NCBI RefSeq assembly: GCF_000150275.1
Contig: NW_002060948.1
Coordinates: forward strand, 1,635,983 to 1,699,982
Direction of reading: 5' to 3'
From: Trichoplax adhaerens
Taxonomy: Eukaryota; Animalia; Placozoa
DNA length: 64,000 nt
In this document: positions 39,553-61,500 of the stretch, one piece after another
Layout: the number at the start of each line of letters is the position of its first letter
Numbering within the stretch: position 1 is the first letter of the stretch
Made by a program: the position numbers and the translations under genes
The notes under the pieces: generated by a model
What the model was told of the DNA's origin: nothing
Seen by the model: the letters and a program-made list of their open reading frames with translations, nothing else
Databases searched by the model: none

Positions 39553-40711
39553 GCATGCAAAAGTGCATGGACGAGTATGGAAGTTGCTAGCTGTTTATAC
39601 TAAACTGCCCAATACCAGTGCAGTATTGATTGATTGATTTCATTAGGGGTTAATAGCATGCAAAAGTGCATGGACGAGTATGGAAGTTGCTAGCTGTTTA
39701 TACTAAACTGCCCAATACCAGTGCAGTATTGATTGATTGATTTCATTAGGGGTTAATAGCATGCAAAAGTGCATGGACGAGTATGGAAGTTGCTAGCTGT
39801 TTATACTAAACTGCCCAATACCAGTGCAGTATTGATTGATTGATTTCATTAGGGGTTAATAGCATGCAAAAGTGCATGGACGAGTATGGAAGTTGCTAGC
39901 TGTTTATACTAAACTGCCCAATACCAGTACAGTATTGATTTCATTAGGGGTTAATAGCATACAAAAGTGCATAGACGAGTATGGAAGCTGCTAGTTATCT
40001 TATACGAAACTGCTCAATACCAATATTGATTGATTTCATCAAGGGTTAATAGCATGCAAAAATGCATGGACGAATATGGAAGCTGTTAGTTATCTTATAC
40101 GAAACTGCTCAATACCAATACATTATTGATTGATTTCACAAGTCACTAGTGCAAACTCCCGTCGCTTTGCTGACGGTTTACGATAATGTGCTCATTTAAC
40201 AGATAGCATTATCATTTGATAGACCTGGCAGAGGTTTAGTAACTTTATACCGTAATACATTATTGATTGATTTCATAAGTCATTAGGAGCATGCAAAAGT
40301 GCATGGACGAGTATGGAAGCTGTTAGTTATCTTATACTAAACTGCTCAATACCAATATAGATTGATTTCATCAAGAGTTAATAGCATGCAAAAGTACATG
40401 GACGAGTATGGAAGCTGTTAGTTATCTAATACTAAACTGCTTAATACCAATATTGATTGATTTCATCAAGAGTTAATAGCATGCAAAAGTACATGGACGA
40501 GTATGGAAGCTGTTAGTTATCTTATACTAAACTGCTTAATACCAATATTGATTGATTTCATCAAGAGTTAATAGCATGCAAAAATACATGGACGAGTATG
40601 GAAGCTGTTAGTTATCTTATACTAAATTGCTCAATACCAATACATTATTGATTGATTTCATAAGTGTTTAGGAGTATGCAAAAGTGCATGGACGAGTATG
40701 GAAGCTGCTAG
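39553..40711. repeat. Tandem array E: 103-bp to 95-bp units, 11 copies of the core, interrupted at about 40140-40288
   Basis: GCATGCAAAAGTGCATGGACGAGTATGGAAG or close variants at 39553, 39656, 39759, 39862, 39957, 40052, 40289, 40384, 40479, 40574 and 40674. Confidence 0.97.
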
Positions 40712-40724
40712 CAAATAACAGACC

Positions 40725-41225
40725 GAATGAATTGAATCCATACTGTAGATAGTGTTGGATATTCGTTGCGAATACGATGCTGTGGATGACTAGAAGAAAT
40801 CTTTGGTATTCTTCTGGTGGTCCATGACTTTGCATTGACATGAAGGTCTACCGGATTCCATGAATGAAATCATTCCATATTAATTGCCAATATTTTCACC
40901 AAGAATACGCCAATAATGAATACATACTTGTAGACATGCAGGGCTAAAACATCGTACAGATAGATAACCTTTATGGTCTGGGATTCAGTGAATGAAATCA
41001 TTCCATACTAGACGGCTCAAGAATATTCGCCATCAACATACAATAGTGCATATACTCTTATATGCGTACTATGCATAGACTTGGCTAAGGTCTGGGTTCA
41101 TTAGATGAAATCATTCCATGCTAGACAGCTCGATATCCACATTTTCACTAGCAGCATGCAAATAGCAAATAGTGTAGACGTAGAGTCTAAGATCAGCCAC
41201 TCAATAGGTGAAATCATGTCATTCT
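40725..41225. repeat. Degenerate array F (about 105-137-bp spacing) built around the palindrome GAATGA-AA-TCATTC
   Basis: Perfect core at 40862 and 40990, partial copies at 40725, 41105 and 41209, several preceded by GGTCT..GG(A)TTCA. An outlying perfect copy lies at 39463. Confidence 0.75.
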
Positions 41226-42294
41226 ACGCATCAATACTAACGTTATTTACACAGCATATTTTCATCGACAGTATGCAAACATTTTATAGTAACTCAAGCT
41301 AACATCATTAATGATATAATCATGCTGGACTACGAATCGATACTCGTCCACCAGTCCTGGCCTGGCCCATCCTGATTTTATTGATTTATTATTTTTTTCC
41401 TACGATACGATCGTACTTGTTTTTATTTGTTTTGCAGCATAAGGTTACTGGATCGTTTCTGACTTGTTATCCTCTTGTACCATCTTGTTGAATACGATAT
41501 GACTATCGTCTTCATAAACCCAAAAATGGATGGAATGTTGAAGTTATCACAGTAAACTACCGACACACTATATGCGTCGATGTACAATACGTTCGTCGAG
41601 GCCCAATCTGCAGATGTTTAGATTAGATCCAATGCCTTAACATTCTGTGAAATGTTCATTTTTCTTAGTTCCATGAGCGGCTCGGGAATACCTCTAATAG
41701 TATAATTACAGATCGTGAATACTTATACCTTACATAAATCAATTTTGTAGTTGCTATATAGGGTCATAAGGAGTAATGTACTAGATTTTTTTTGAAATAT
41801 CTAAAGTTCTTACTCCAAAGGTGGTGTGTAATAAGAGTAATGCACTTTTATGTAACAAGAGTGGCTAAAGGAAGCACCTTCTTGCATTGAAATACTCCAA
41901 TTTTGTAGTTGCTATAGTGTATGCTGCAGGGACATAAGGAAAATAATCATGAATTTTTTCCCAAATCCTTGACTGTATTATACATCAAAGTTCTAGCAAA
42001 TACCCAATTCTCATCGCAAAAGCCAGTATACAAAGTAACACCTACGGCCTAATTTCAGTGAAATACTAATTTCTTTCTCCTCATCTGATCGGCAAAATGT
42101 AGCCAAGTGAGTCTGACTCCATCATAGTTCTACTCCTTGTCTCCCACTCTCCACTTTGTTCCAGGTTGTTTTGAGCCATTAAAAGCCCCTAACAGTATAG
42201 TACTGTACCAGGAAGTACTTCACTATGATTTCTCCCCTCCAATTTGAGGAGAGAAATCTTAGTTGAGTAGTCCCTGCCGTGTTATTATTTTTTA

Positions 42295-42876
42295 GTATAG
42301 GGGAAAATTTTGAATTGTGGCTTCATTTTGAGAAAGAAATCTTGCTGGAGTCGTTCGTGCCTAACTGTACAGCGTCTTGACCGGTTTGGCTTGACGTTGT
42401 TGTTGTTTGTTTTTAATAGAGAGAAAATTTTGAATTACGGCTTCATTTTGAGAGAGAAATGTTCCCGGAGTCATTCGTGCCTAACTGTACAGAGTCTTGA
42501 CCGGCTTAGCTAGACTTGTTTTTTTTTATTAGTAGAGGGAAAATTTCGAATTGCGACTTCATTTTGAGAGAAAAATCTTCCCGGAGTCATTCGTGCCTAA
42601 CTATACAGAGTCTTGACCTCCGGCTTGGGTTGACGTTGTTGTTGTTTTTAGTGGAGGGAAAATTTTGAATTACGGCTTCATTTTGAGAGAGAAAGCTTCC
42701 CGGAGTCATTCGTGCCTAACTGTACAGAGTCTTGACCGGCTTGGCAAGACTTGTTTTTTTTATTAGTAGAGGGAAAATTTCGCGAATTGCGGCTTCATTT
42801 TGAGAGAGAAATCTTGCCAGAGTCTTTCTTGCCCAACTGTACAGAGAGCCTTGACCCCCGGGCTTGGCTTGACTTG
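42295..42876. repeat. Tandem array G: 115-120-bp units x5 with alternating (A-B-A-B-A) variants
   Basis: G(G/A)GAAAATTT at 42301, 42421, 42537, 42656 and 42771; shared CTTCATTTTGAGA and TCGTGCCTAACT(G/A)TACAG..TCTTGACC. Confidence 0.95.
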
Positions 42877-43373
42877 CCATGGACGACCACTGGAGATGAT
42901 TGGAGTCTGTCTACTCGAGCATAGTATCGACTAGTCTATGCTGCTATACATGGAACACTACCCTTACTAATATCCTCCATCTATGACTGTCAACACTAGA
43001 GTCGGTGCGACAGTCTGCCAGGTGTGTCGCATCAAGGTGACGCGTAGCAGAGGTAGTGGGCGGCGTGGTAGTGTAGCGTCTGCTGTCTCATCTTGCTAGT
43101 GTGCGCACGCTGAACGTCCATGGGCATACGATTTCTATCAACTGGGAAGTCGTCCATTGTACAGCTTACTCTACCGTCACGCATCATTCACTCGACGATC
43201 GCTTCAACCATCGTATCGAAGCGAGTCTATGGACTGACTGGACGTTGCACGTCAGTTCAATGTGGATCGTGTTCAAGCCGTCTGCATGGAGACGAAAATT
43301 TCCTACCTAATCCTGGAATATCAACATTAACTAAGATTAAATCAATAATATTACCAAATAGACTGCAACAATC

Positions 43374-53836
<10,463 letters not shown>

Positions 53837-55371
53837 AACGCTTTGTTATGTGCAATATTAATGCATGTATGAATTTGATTCTTTATAGAATTTAAGTCTG
53901 TACTCGTGTTTTAATCTTTGAGGCCTGAAATAGATATCTAAGTGCCATATCTAATAGTATGTCATTGACATGATGAACGAATAATCTACTTAAATGACTG
54001 CTATTTATTTACACTTGAGCTTATGTAATTAGAATCGCTTTATTCAAAGTGTTGTTGCTAGCTTGTTTATAATCTGAATACTTAAATGCAAAAGTATAAC
54101 TTGTATGAAATATTATTCAGAAGTAATGGCCACTGATGGCACTATTTACATCAGGCTTTTGTGTCAGTACTACAAGTTGTCAATATTTTGTTGTTGCTGC
54201 CACGATAACATCCATGTGATGCGTTCGCTTAAAGAGTTCGTTTTTTAAATTTAAGGACTTTTCTATATATCAGGAAAATTTTAATTTATACGAGATTTGA
54301 AATTCTAATTTGTAGGATAATATATAATTAATTAATGATTGGACGAAATGATATATGCACGGCTATTTATCGATTTATCCTTGCAAATGAACTTATTGAT
54401 ACAGTTATATTCCTAGCATTAAATTCCTAGCACATGTATATAGTTTTATTTTAGGATGATGTTTAGTGAATAACAGAAATATGATTGCATCTGACGCTTA
54501 AAACAAACACTCGTTCTTTGTACAGTACATTTAAAGTGCTACTGAATAAATGATTATGTTTTGCATGACAATTTATCAAAAGTAATTGCTTTGCTTTGTA
54601 GCTGTGACACCTGATTTGTTATCGACATAATAAAAATGATGTTATATATACACATAAATACGTAGACGAATATATCCGATGATTTTATTTTTTGTAAAAA
54701 CATTGCATCAACAGATACGAAAGTAGGCACGTTTAGCTAACTCTGCGTTGGAGTTTATTAACTGATTACCCTCCTTGTAGCTAACAGTGCAGTGGTGGAC
54801 AATGTACTGATCGGAAAGCTAGAAGAAGAGGGAGAGATACTATCGTATAATCCAGCTGTCAATTTCATTTAAAATAGTAATAGCGTTCCATCGGCTTTAA
54901 TGGTGTATACTAAGATATATGCACGATATAGATTAAATGCTGTTAATCATGGTTTAATGCAATTCTTAAGTATGAATCATACAATTAACATTATCCTATT
55001 TAAATTCAGTCCTACTCTTCAGTATACGTCGAATAACACATATGCGTACTATAAATATTACCGTAAGGGTATACGAGTGGAGCGTATGTGAGGATGATAT
55101 TTATTAATAATTCATAAAATGATTTCAAATCAAATTATTGACCGATTCCATGAAGCTTCATGATCTCCCCTCGTATGTCCTTTGCATTTTTTATCAGCAG
55201 CTTTAGTAGCCATCTTATAACACATACATGATTAAATTAATGAATATACTTAAAACAATAAAGTTGCGAATGACATAAATTGATAAACTTTAAAATTTGA
55301 TGAAAATTGTAAACAATTTCTGTTTTAGTTTCATATACTACAGAGCCTAACACTCAGAGATGTCTTGGTGA

Positions 55372-56852
55372 TTATTCTTTTCATCTTCAGTCTCTGATTG
55401 CTTCCGAGCCAAATCAACTCTTGACTGATATGCGCCGACTATTTTACGTAGTCTTGCTCTTTCTTTGCTTACGTGGTAATTGCAATAAGTCCTAAAATGA
55501 CATGTGATCATAAATTAATGCACCATTAAATTACATCAGTAAAATTCTACCGATATTATTAGTGTAATGCTGACATGTTTCATAATTTATAAACTAATTG
55601 TGGCTATTTTTACCAAGTAACGCATTAACAGCAATACGGTAATAACAAAGATGCAAACTTGAGACATGATGTAGCGTGGATAGTAAAGCAATTTTCTTAC
55701 CAGAAAGATAAGGATACGACAGCAAATGATGCTACAGCATAATCACAAGACCTTCTAACAATTTCTATGAGAAATAAAGGCAAGTAATATTGGATTAGTA
55801 CTCTATCTATAAAGTAGAACAGTGTATGTAGCTTCTACACTTTCATTCTATTAGGGAGGGATTCATGTCAGTAGATGGTTAGTATTGAAATTTCTACTTT
55901 ATTTCAAGATCTTATTAATACTTACTAGTTCTAGTGAAGACTAAGGCTCCTACGACCAAACCGCCAGAAATTCCATACAGAAGCGAAGATCTTGCACAGG
56001 GTACTTTTTGATAGTCAAAGTGCCACCACTGCTAATCAAGAAACGGCTATTAGCTGTTTTCTTATAGATTATTACTATTTTATATACATTGTCGTAGAAC
56101 TACTGCAATATGATCACGCCAGACACCTTTATATTTGTTATCGGTACGTATATTAATCTGCTCGCATTGAGAACGTATCAAGGTATAAAATACATTTCTA
56201 GTAGTAAATGCAAATAGTACGATATGTGTAACAATCTCAACAACATGATGTCAACATGTAGTCATCGTTATGGTATAACTACAGTATCCATTGTGTATCA
56301 TCAAAGGGTCCTACAGGATATAGTCCTTGTATACTACGGCTCTAAGTTGCATCTCACGTAGAATAATATTGCAATGCATTGATATTTAAGAGCATACGTC
56401 CATATTGCATTGCTAGCAATGTCGCTGCAACAACTAGATAGCTAATAACTGAGATGAATTTGATCTTACAATATACAGTATAATTATGTCTATACGTTTT
56501 ATCTAACAGTATTAGTACAAACATACTACAGCATAACTAACGGTATACTGTAGGATTATATATATTGATTGTACAGGATATCCTGTCGATCGAGGAACAT
56601 CCATGGTTATTCTACGAGTGTCCTTGTAGCGTATAGGGCTAGCATAGGGGCTGCATTGATCATGTAGCCATGTATTGAAGACATCTGATAGTCAGATTAT
56701 TATATCACTACCATAGTGGCTAGATAGAAAGAGCAGCTCAACGCTAACGCAATTCTCCTTCTCATCATCATGATCACTACTATGAAAGAGGAAGTTATTG
56801 GAGAACATTTTACCTTTCTTGCAGGCTTGGCTGAATTATCTACTTTATCCAT
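55372..56852 (-). CDS. COX20: Cytochrome c oxidase assembly factor COX20 (FAM36A), 4 small exons; absent from the ORF track
   Basis: Exon 56852-56814 (MDKVDNSAKPARK), exon ~56030-55926 (WWHFDYQKVPCARSSLLYGISGGLVVG), exon ~55764-55701 (IVRRSCDYAVASFAVVSLSFW) and exon ~55491-55372 (TYCNYHVSKERARLR..EKE*). The PCAR, RRSCD and W..C motifs are typical of COX20. Confidence 0.9.
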
Positions 56853-57929
56853 TTGAAGCTAATCCATCATCCATGTAAAGCACAAAAATAAACATTAATA
56901 TGAATTGAATGAAAAATAGATAAAGTGGATAATATTGTTGAAAACTTGATCTACATGTTTTTACCTGGATTTACACAATCTATAACGATCGATGATCGCT
57001 GAAGAGAGTCGTAAAAGCTGCTTCGGAGAACAATTTGAAGGCAGATCAAGCAAGCTCTTGCAGGACAGAAGGAATCCAGTCATAAATCAATTGGCCGGTA
57101 GGTATACAGCTCATTCATGAGTCCTTCCTTACTAACCTATCACACTACCAGTTACTATGGGATTTGATTGATGAACGACTGTGATTTGAGGCCTATGACT
57201 GTCATCGCGGAATCTTCGTGGCTACAGTACACAGAAACGGCCGTACTGTAGTTTACAGTACAGTGTACTGTACTACGCTCAATAATAAATAAATAATAAT
57301 AATAATTAACATGGAGGCAAGAAACGCGTAGCTGCAAATTCTTTTAAAATTAACAACTAGCTTTTACTCTCTCTTTATTGTATTGAAAGAGGACGACGTA
57401 TATTGCTGGAAATTGAACGCTGCAAGCTAAGTTTGGGTAAGAATGAATAGAATTGATAGGGGTTACCGTGGGCTGCAATTTTCAGCGGAATCTTTTCTAT
57501 ATTTGTTTAAAGTAGACATACAGTATACGACACCACAACATTTACTTTAAGTCCATAATAAACGATCGATTTAGTCACTTGAACAGGACTATGACTACGT
57601 CTTTGTATGAATCAACTAGCTATTTACGGCAAGTTGGATTGGGTTTTAGACATGTAACATGTTAGTCAGATGTAGTCAAGGCTTGGACAGTGGCAAGTAT
57701 AGTAATGTGTCATTTGCATGAGCACTGAGCAGGTAGGGTAGATGTAGGGTTGTTTTGCAGTCATCAATTGCAGAGCTCTGCAATACAGTATAGACTACTG
57801 TTTGCCTTGATGGTCAACTCAGTGATTCAGACTCGTCTTGAGACTCTGAAGAGTATCAACTATTTATTAATTTAGCTTATTTTTCTAGAACTATATTCTA
57901 CACTCTCAAACAGAGAGGCTAGTTCCAGA

Positions 57930-58482
57930 ACTAGTCTATACTGTATAGACATAGATCGCTCGTCTTCTACACAGTACAGTATATACTGTATGTATATGCT
58001 ACTATACTGTACTGTATATATATACAGTATACAGTAGATATATATATATATATATATGTATATTTATATGTTACTCTACATTATATATATACTGTACTGT
58101 ATATACAATATAGAACATACAGTACAGTACTGTACAGTATACTGTATACTGTATGTATATGCTACTATACTGTAATGTATATATACCGTACAGTATACAG
58201 TAGATATATGTATGTATATATGTATATATATATGTATATGCATATGTTACTATACATTATATATATGTAGATGTAGATGTTACTCTACATTATATATATA
58301 CTGTACTGTATATATACAGTATACTATATATATATATATATATATATGTATATGTATATGTATATGTTACTATACATTATATAACAGTACAATATGAATG
58401 TTCAATGTCTATGTAATGTACCATTATTATGATATTATACATTATATACGTTATATATAACAGTACTGTACGGTACAGTACT
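57930..58482. repeat. Low-complexity (TA)n / TACTG / TACAG compound repeat with a ~170-bp internal duplication
   Basis: Runs of TATA, TATG, TACTGTA and TACAGTA. The block TATACTGTATGTATATGCTACTATACTGTA occurs at ~57982 and ~58145. Confidence 0.9.
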
Positions 58483-58520
58483 ATCGCATCACGTAACAGT
58501 ATCATACCAGCAGGCGCATA

Positions 58521-58552
58521 GTCACATGACCTATATATGTCGGGCCGGGCGG
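58521..58552 (+). promoter_or_regulatory. Candidate core promoter of the P2X gene: E-box/M-box GTCACATGAC, TATA-like CTATATAT, GC box GGGCGG
   Basis: GTCACATGAC at 58521-58530, CTATATAT at 58531-58538, GGGCGG at 58547-58552, ATG at 58579. Confidence 0.4.
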
Positions 58553-58578
58553 ACGCTAGCAGACATAATCCTTCTTGC

Positions 58579-61500
58579 ATGATGGAGGACGAATCGAGTG
58601 GATGCTTCGGCGTTCTTGAATATAACACTGCTAAGATTGTCCATATTAAAAGTAAAAAGATTGGAATCCTTTATCGATTAGTTCAGTTAATTATTGTTGG
58701 CTATGTTATAGGGTAAGTTGGATCAGAAAACAATCCAAAGGCGTCGTGATCGACCGATAGGCTAACAGTCCTGCAATCAATTGCAAAAATGCCCTCGATC
58801 GAGGCGATTTACTTGCCTGAAAATTGTCATCATTGCATGATTTATACTGCCTTTTCTATCATTATTCTAGTTATGCAATCGTCTACAAGAAAGGATATCA
58901 AATATTCGATCAAGTACAAAGTTCGGTCACTTCCAAAGTTAAAGGAGTGCGTTTACTAATTTTAGCCAAAGTGATCCATCGATTGGAANNNNNNNNNNNN
59001 NNNNNNNNNNNNNNNNNNNNNNNNNNNNNNNNNNNNNNGATGCCGCTAATGAAGTTCATTAACAAGTTGATTAAAAAATTAACGTAGAAGATTATGTTGA
59101 TATTCATTGCATACCTTTGTATCATAGCAATAGTGATCAGAAGATCATTTTATTTTTGTAAATGAAATTCAAGGCATGCTTCGATATCTTACTTTATATA
59201 GTCAATACTGTAGCACTAAAAGATTTCAGATCTATTACAATATTATCGATTATCGTCTTGTAGACGTATAAAAAACTCTGATACAGAAATGATCCTATTA
59301 GCATCGATCAGCAATCCTATTCTATTCTATTGATTGTATTAGCTTCGAAATCTTTTACGATAAACTCTTACATTGCCGGATGACCCGGATCCCAATATTG
59401 CTGTCGATCATCTCCACACTTGCTGTTTGTTGTACTGTACATACTTTTTGCTAAAAGGCCCCAGCATGATCTGCTTGAAAATGCTTAGCTATAACACCGT
59501 GGAAAAAATGTAAATCTGCCTTAGAAATGAGTAAATTAATGAGTTCTGCCCGAGTCATTTGTCTCGATCTTAACTCATCGACCACTGTTATGACCTTATT
59601 TTCTCAGAGTTGCTTAAAAATACTTCTCCATTACCGTATTGATATTTTAGTAATGATGAAGATCTTGTCTAGAGTTGAACATATTAAATTCCATCATCGA
59701 CTAATTCTATCCTATTGATCCAATCAAGATGTTAGCTCCTCAGCCATGATAGCGAAACGTCTTACAGGATTGCTATTGCACTTTTGCCGATTTTTCCCAG
59801 TCAATACAACTGTATACAACTTAATAATTCTGAATTAGATCAAATTAAAATATTCATTTATCTTTATCTACGTAAACGTGTAAGATCTAATATACAATTG
59901 CACATAGTAGAATCGATTACAGTGAAAACTGAATTATCCATTTATCCAGACTTATTAATCTTTTATTAATTAATTATAGTTATCCCCTATCAGATAACTC
60001 CTAAAGTGGCTATGATGTTTTGGCCATTCATTCCATGTATAAATTACTAGCGCTCCATATCTTATGATAGACATCTATAGGTACCTATTCGTACTCAATC
60101 GATAACATCCAGTATATACTTTTACGTTATGTAGTACTAAATAGTTGGGAGAAGAAAGTTTTAAGGATTTCCTACAAATGTCTGAAAACTATTTACATTC
60201 TTTATAAAGTTTTACAAGAATAGATGCTGATTTACTACCGCATTGAATCATTGTTTACTATTTAATTCGATATATGATCATAAATTAGCCAAATATCCAG
60301 GTTGCAATAACTACAATGTATGTAATAAATATCAATCAGACAAACTCAGTCAATAACAAGCTCTTCCTATACTACACAGAACATAATGATGGAAAAAATA
60401 TTATTCTGAAGTAGCATTCTTGTTTACAACTGTGCTACGATTCCAAAATTGACATGAACCTGTTAAAAACAACTGACACATTAAGGTTAATTAGTATCCT
60501 GCTGTTACCTTTAGTAGACCTTGTTACACCAAAGTAAGACGTGTATATCCATCATTTAAGCACTTGAAAAGTCCCTGGTATAAGCTCGATTAACAGCAAG
60601 TTATCTATCTATAATCTGTATTCTATCCTACATACGAGTATATATCATCTTTATATTGATACAATGCTACACATCTGATACTTTTACATGTATTAAGAAT
60701 GAAATAACAAACTCATTTTACGTGATCGAAAAATCCTATCTTGTAATATCATTCTTCTTTTATGACTATGCTATTGGGGGGGGGGGGGTAGATTCTTGAA
60801 TAAAAAAGAGTAAATCTTTTAAGAAAATACACAACGAATGATAAACTTTATATACAGTATGAAATCATAACGACAGCCTACTATCACGGTTACAGTTTGC
60901 ATGTGCTACCAAATGCTACTAAGAAACGCAGCTCTTCCCCCAAGAAATTATCATGATACTGAAATGGAAATCACAGAATTGCTTAATTTTCTACGTTACA
61001 GTAAATAGGAAATTTCAATCAATTAACCACACTGTATCAACAATATTATACAATACGTCGTACGAGCAAATTACAGTATACTGCTATTCGAGTATGTTCC
61101 AACTGACGAGTAATGACTTTCTTGTTCTATTCTATCTTAAAGGAAAATGATGCTACCTTCGTTATAACCAACATGATTATAACGTCAAATCAAACTAATG
61201 GTATCTGCTCTGAAGTAAGTTCATCATTATTCGGTCGTTAAATTGACTGCCATCGTATATACGTATATTGATAATTCAGTTCATCACGACATCGTTACTC
61301 AATTATAAAGCTCTTGAGTGTACAGTCCTTACTTCTAGAAGCGAGCTTTAATCAATGAGTGCTTAGCTAAAGAGCAATTTATTGTGTAAACAACTTTTGA
61401 GTATTACTTTGAAGTAATAAAATCTCTTAATTATAGACTCATAAAAACCATGATGCACACTGTACTAAAGATATGGATTGCCCAAAAGGCATCCCTATTA

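Noticed and set aside
20806-39960. Common origin of arrays D and E because both have 103-bp units
   Set aside because: No convincing sequence similarity on either strand; treated as coincidence.
15690-42876. CRISPR arrays
   Set aside because: The arrays are head-to-tail repeats without unique constant-length spacers, the context is eukaryotic and intron-rich, and there are no cas genes.
15690-42876. Hammerhead-ribozyme satellites (retrozymes)
   Set aside because: I found no CTGANGA...GAAA core in any unit on either strand by eye.
42295-42876. 5S rRNA or tRNA cluster (unit about 120 bp)
   Set aside because: No 5S consensus, A/B/C boxes or cloverleaf.
42113-42909. MITE terminal inverted repeats around array G (CTGACTCCATCAT / ATGATTGGAGTCTG)
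   Set aside because: Only ~12 bp, imperfect, and no target-site duplication is evident.
56845-56874. uORF overlapping the COX20 start
   Set aside because: Its ATG falls in a probable 5'-UTR intron (56964-56859, GT..AG on the minus strand).
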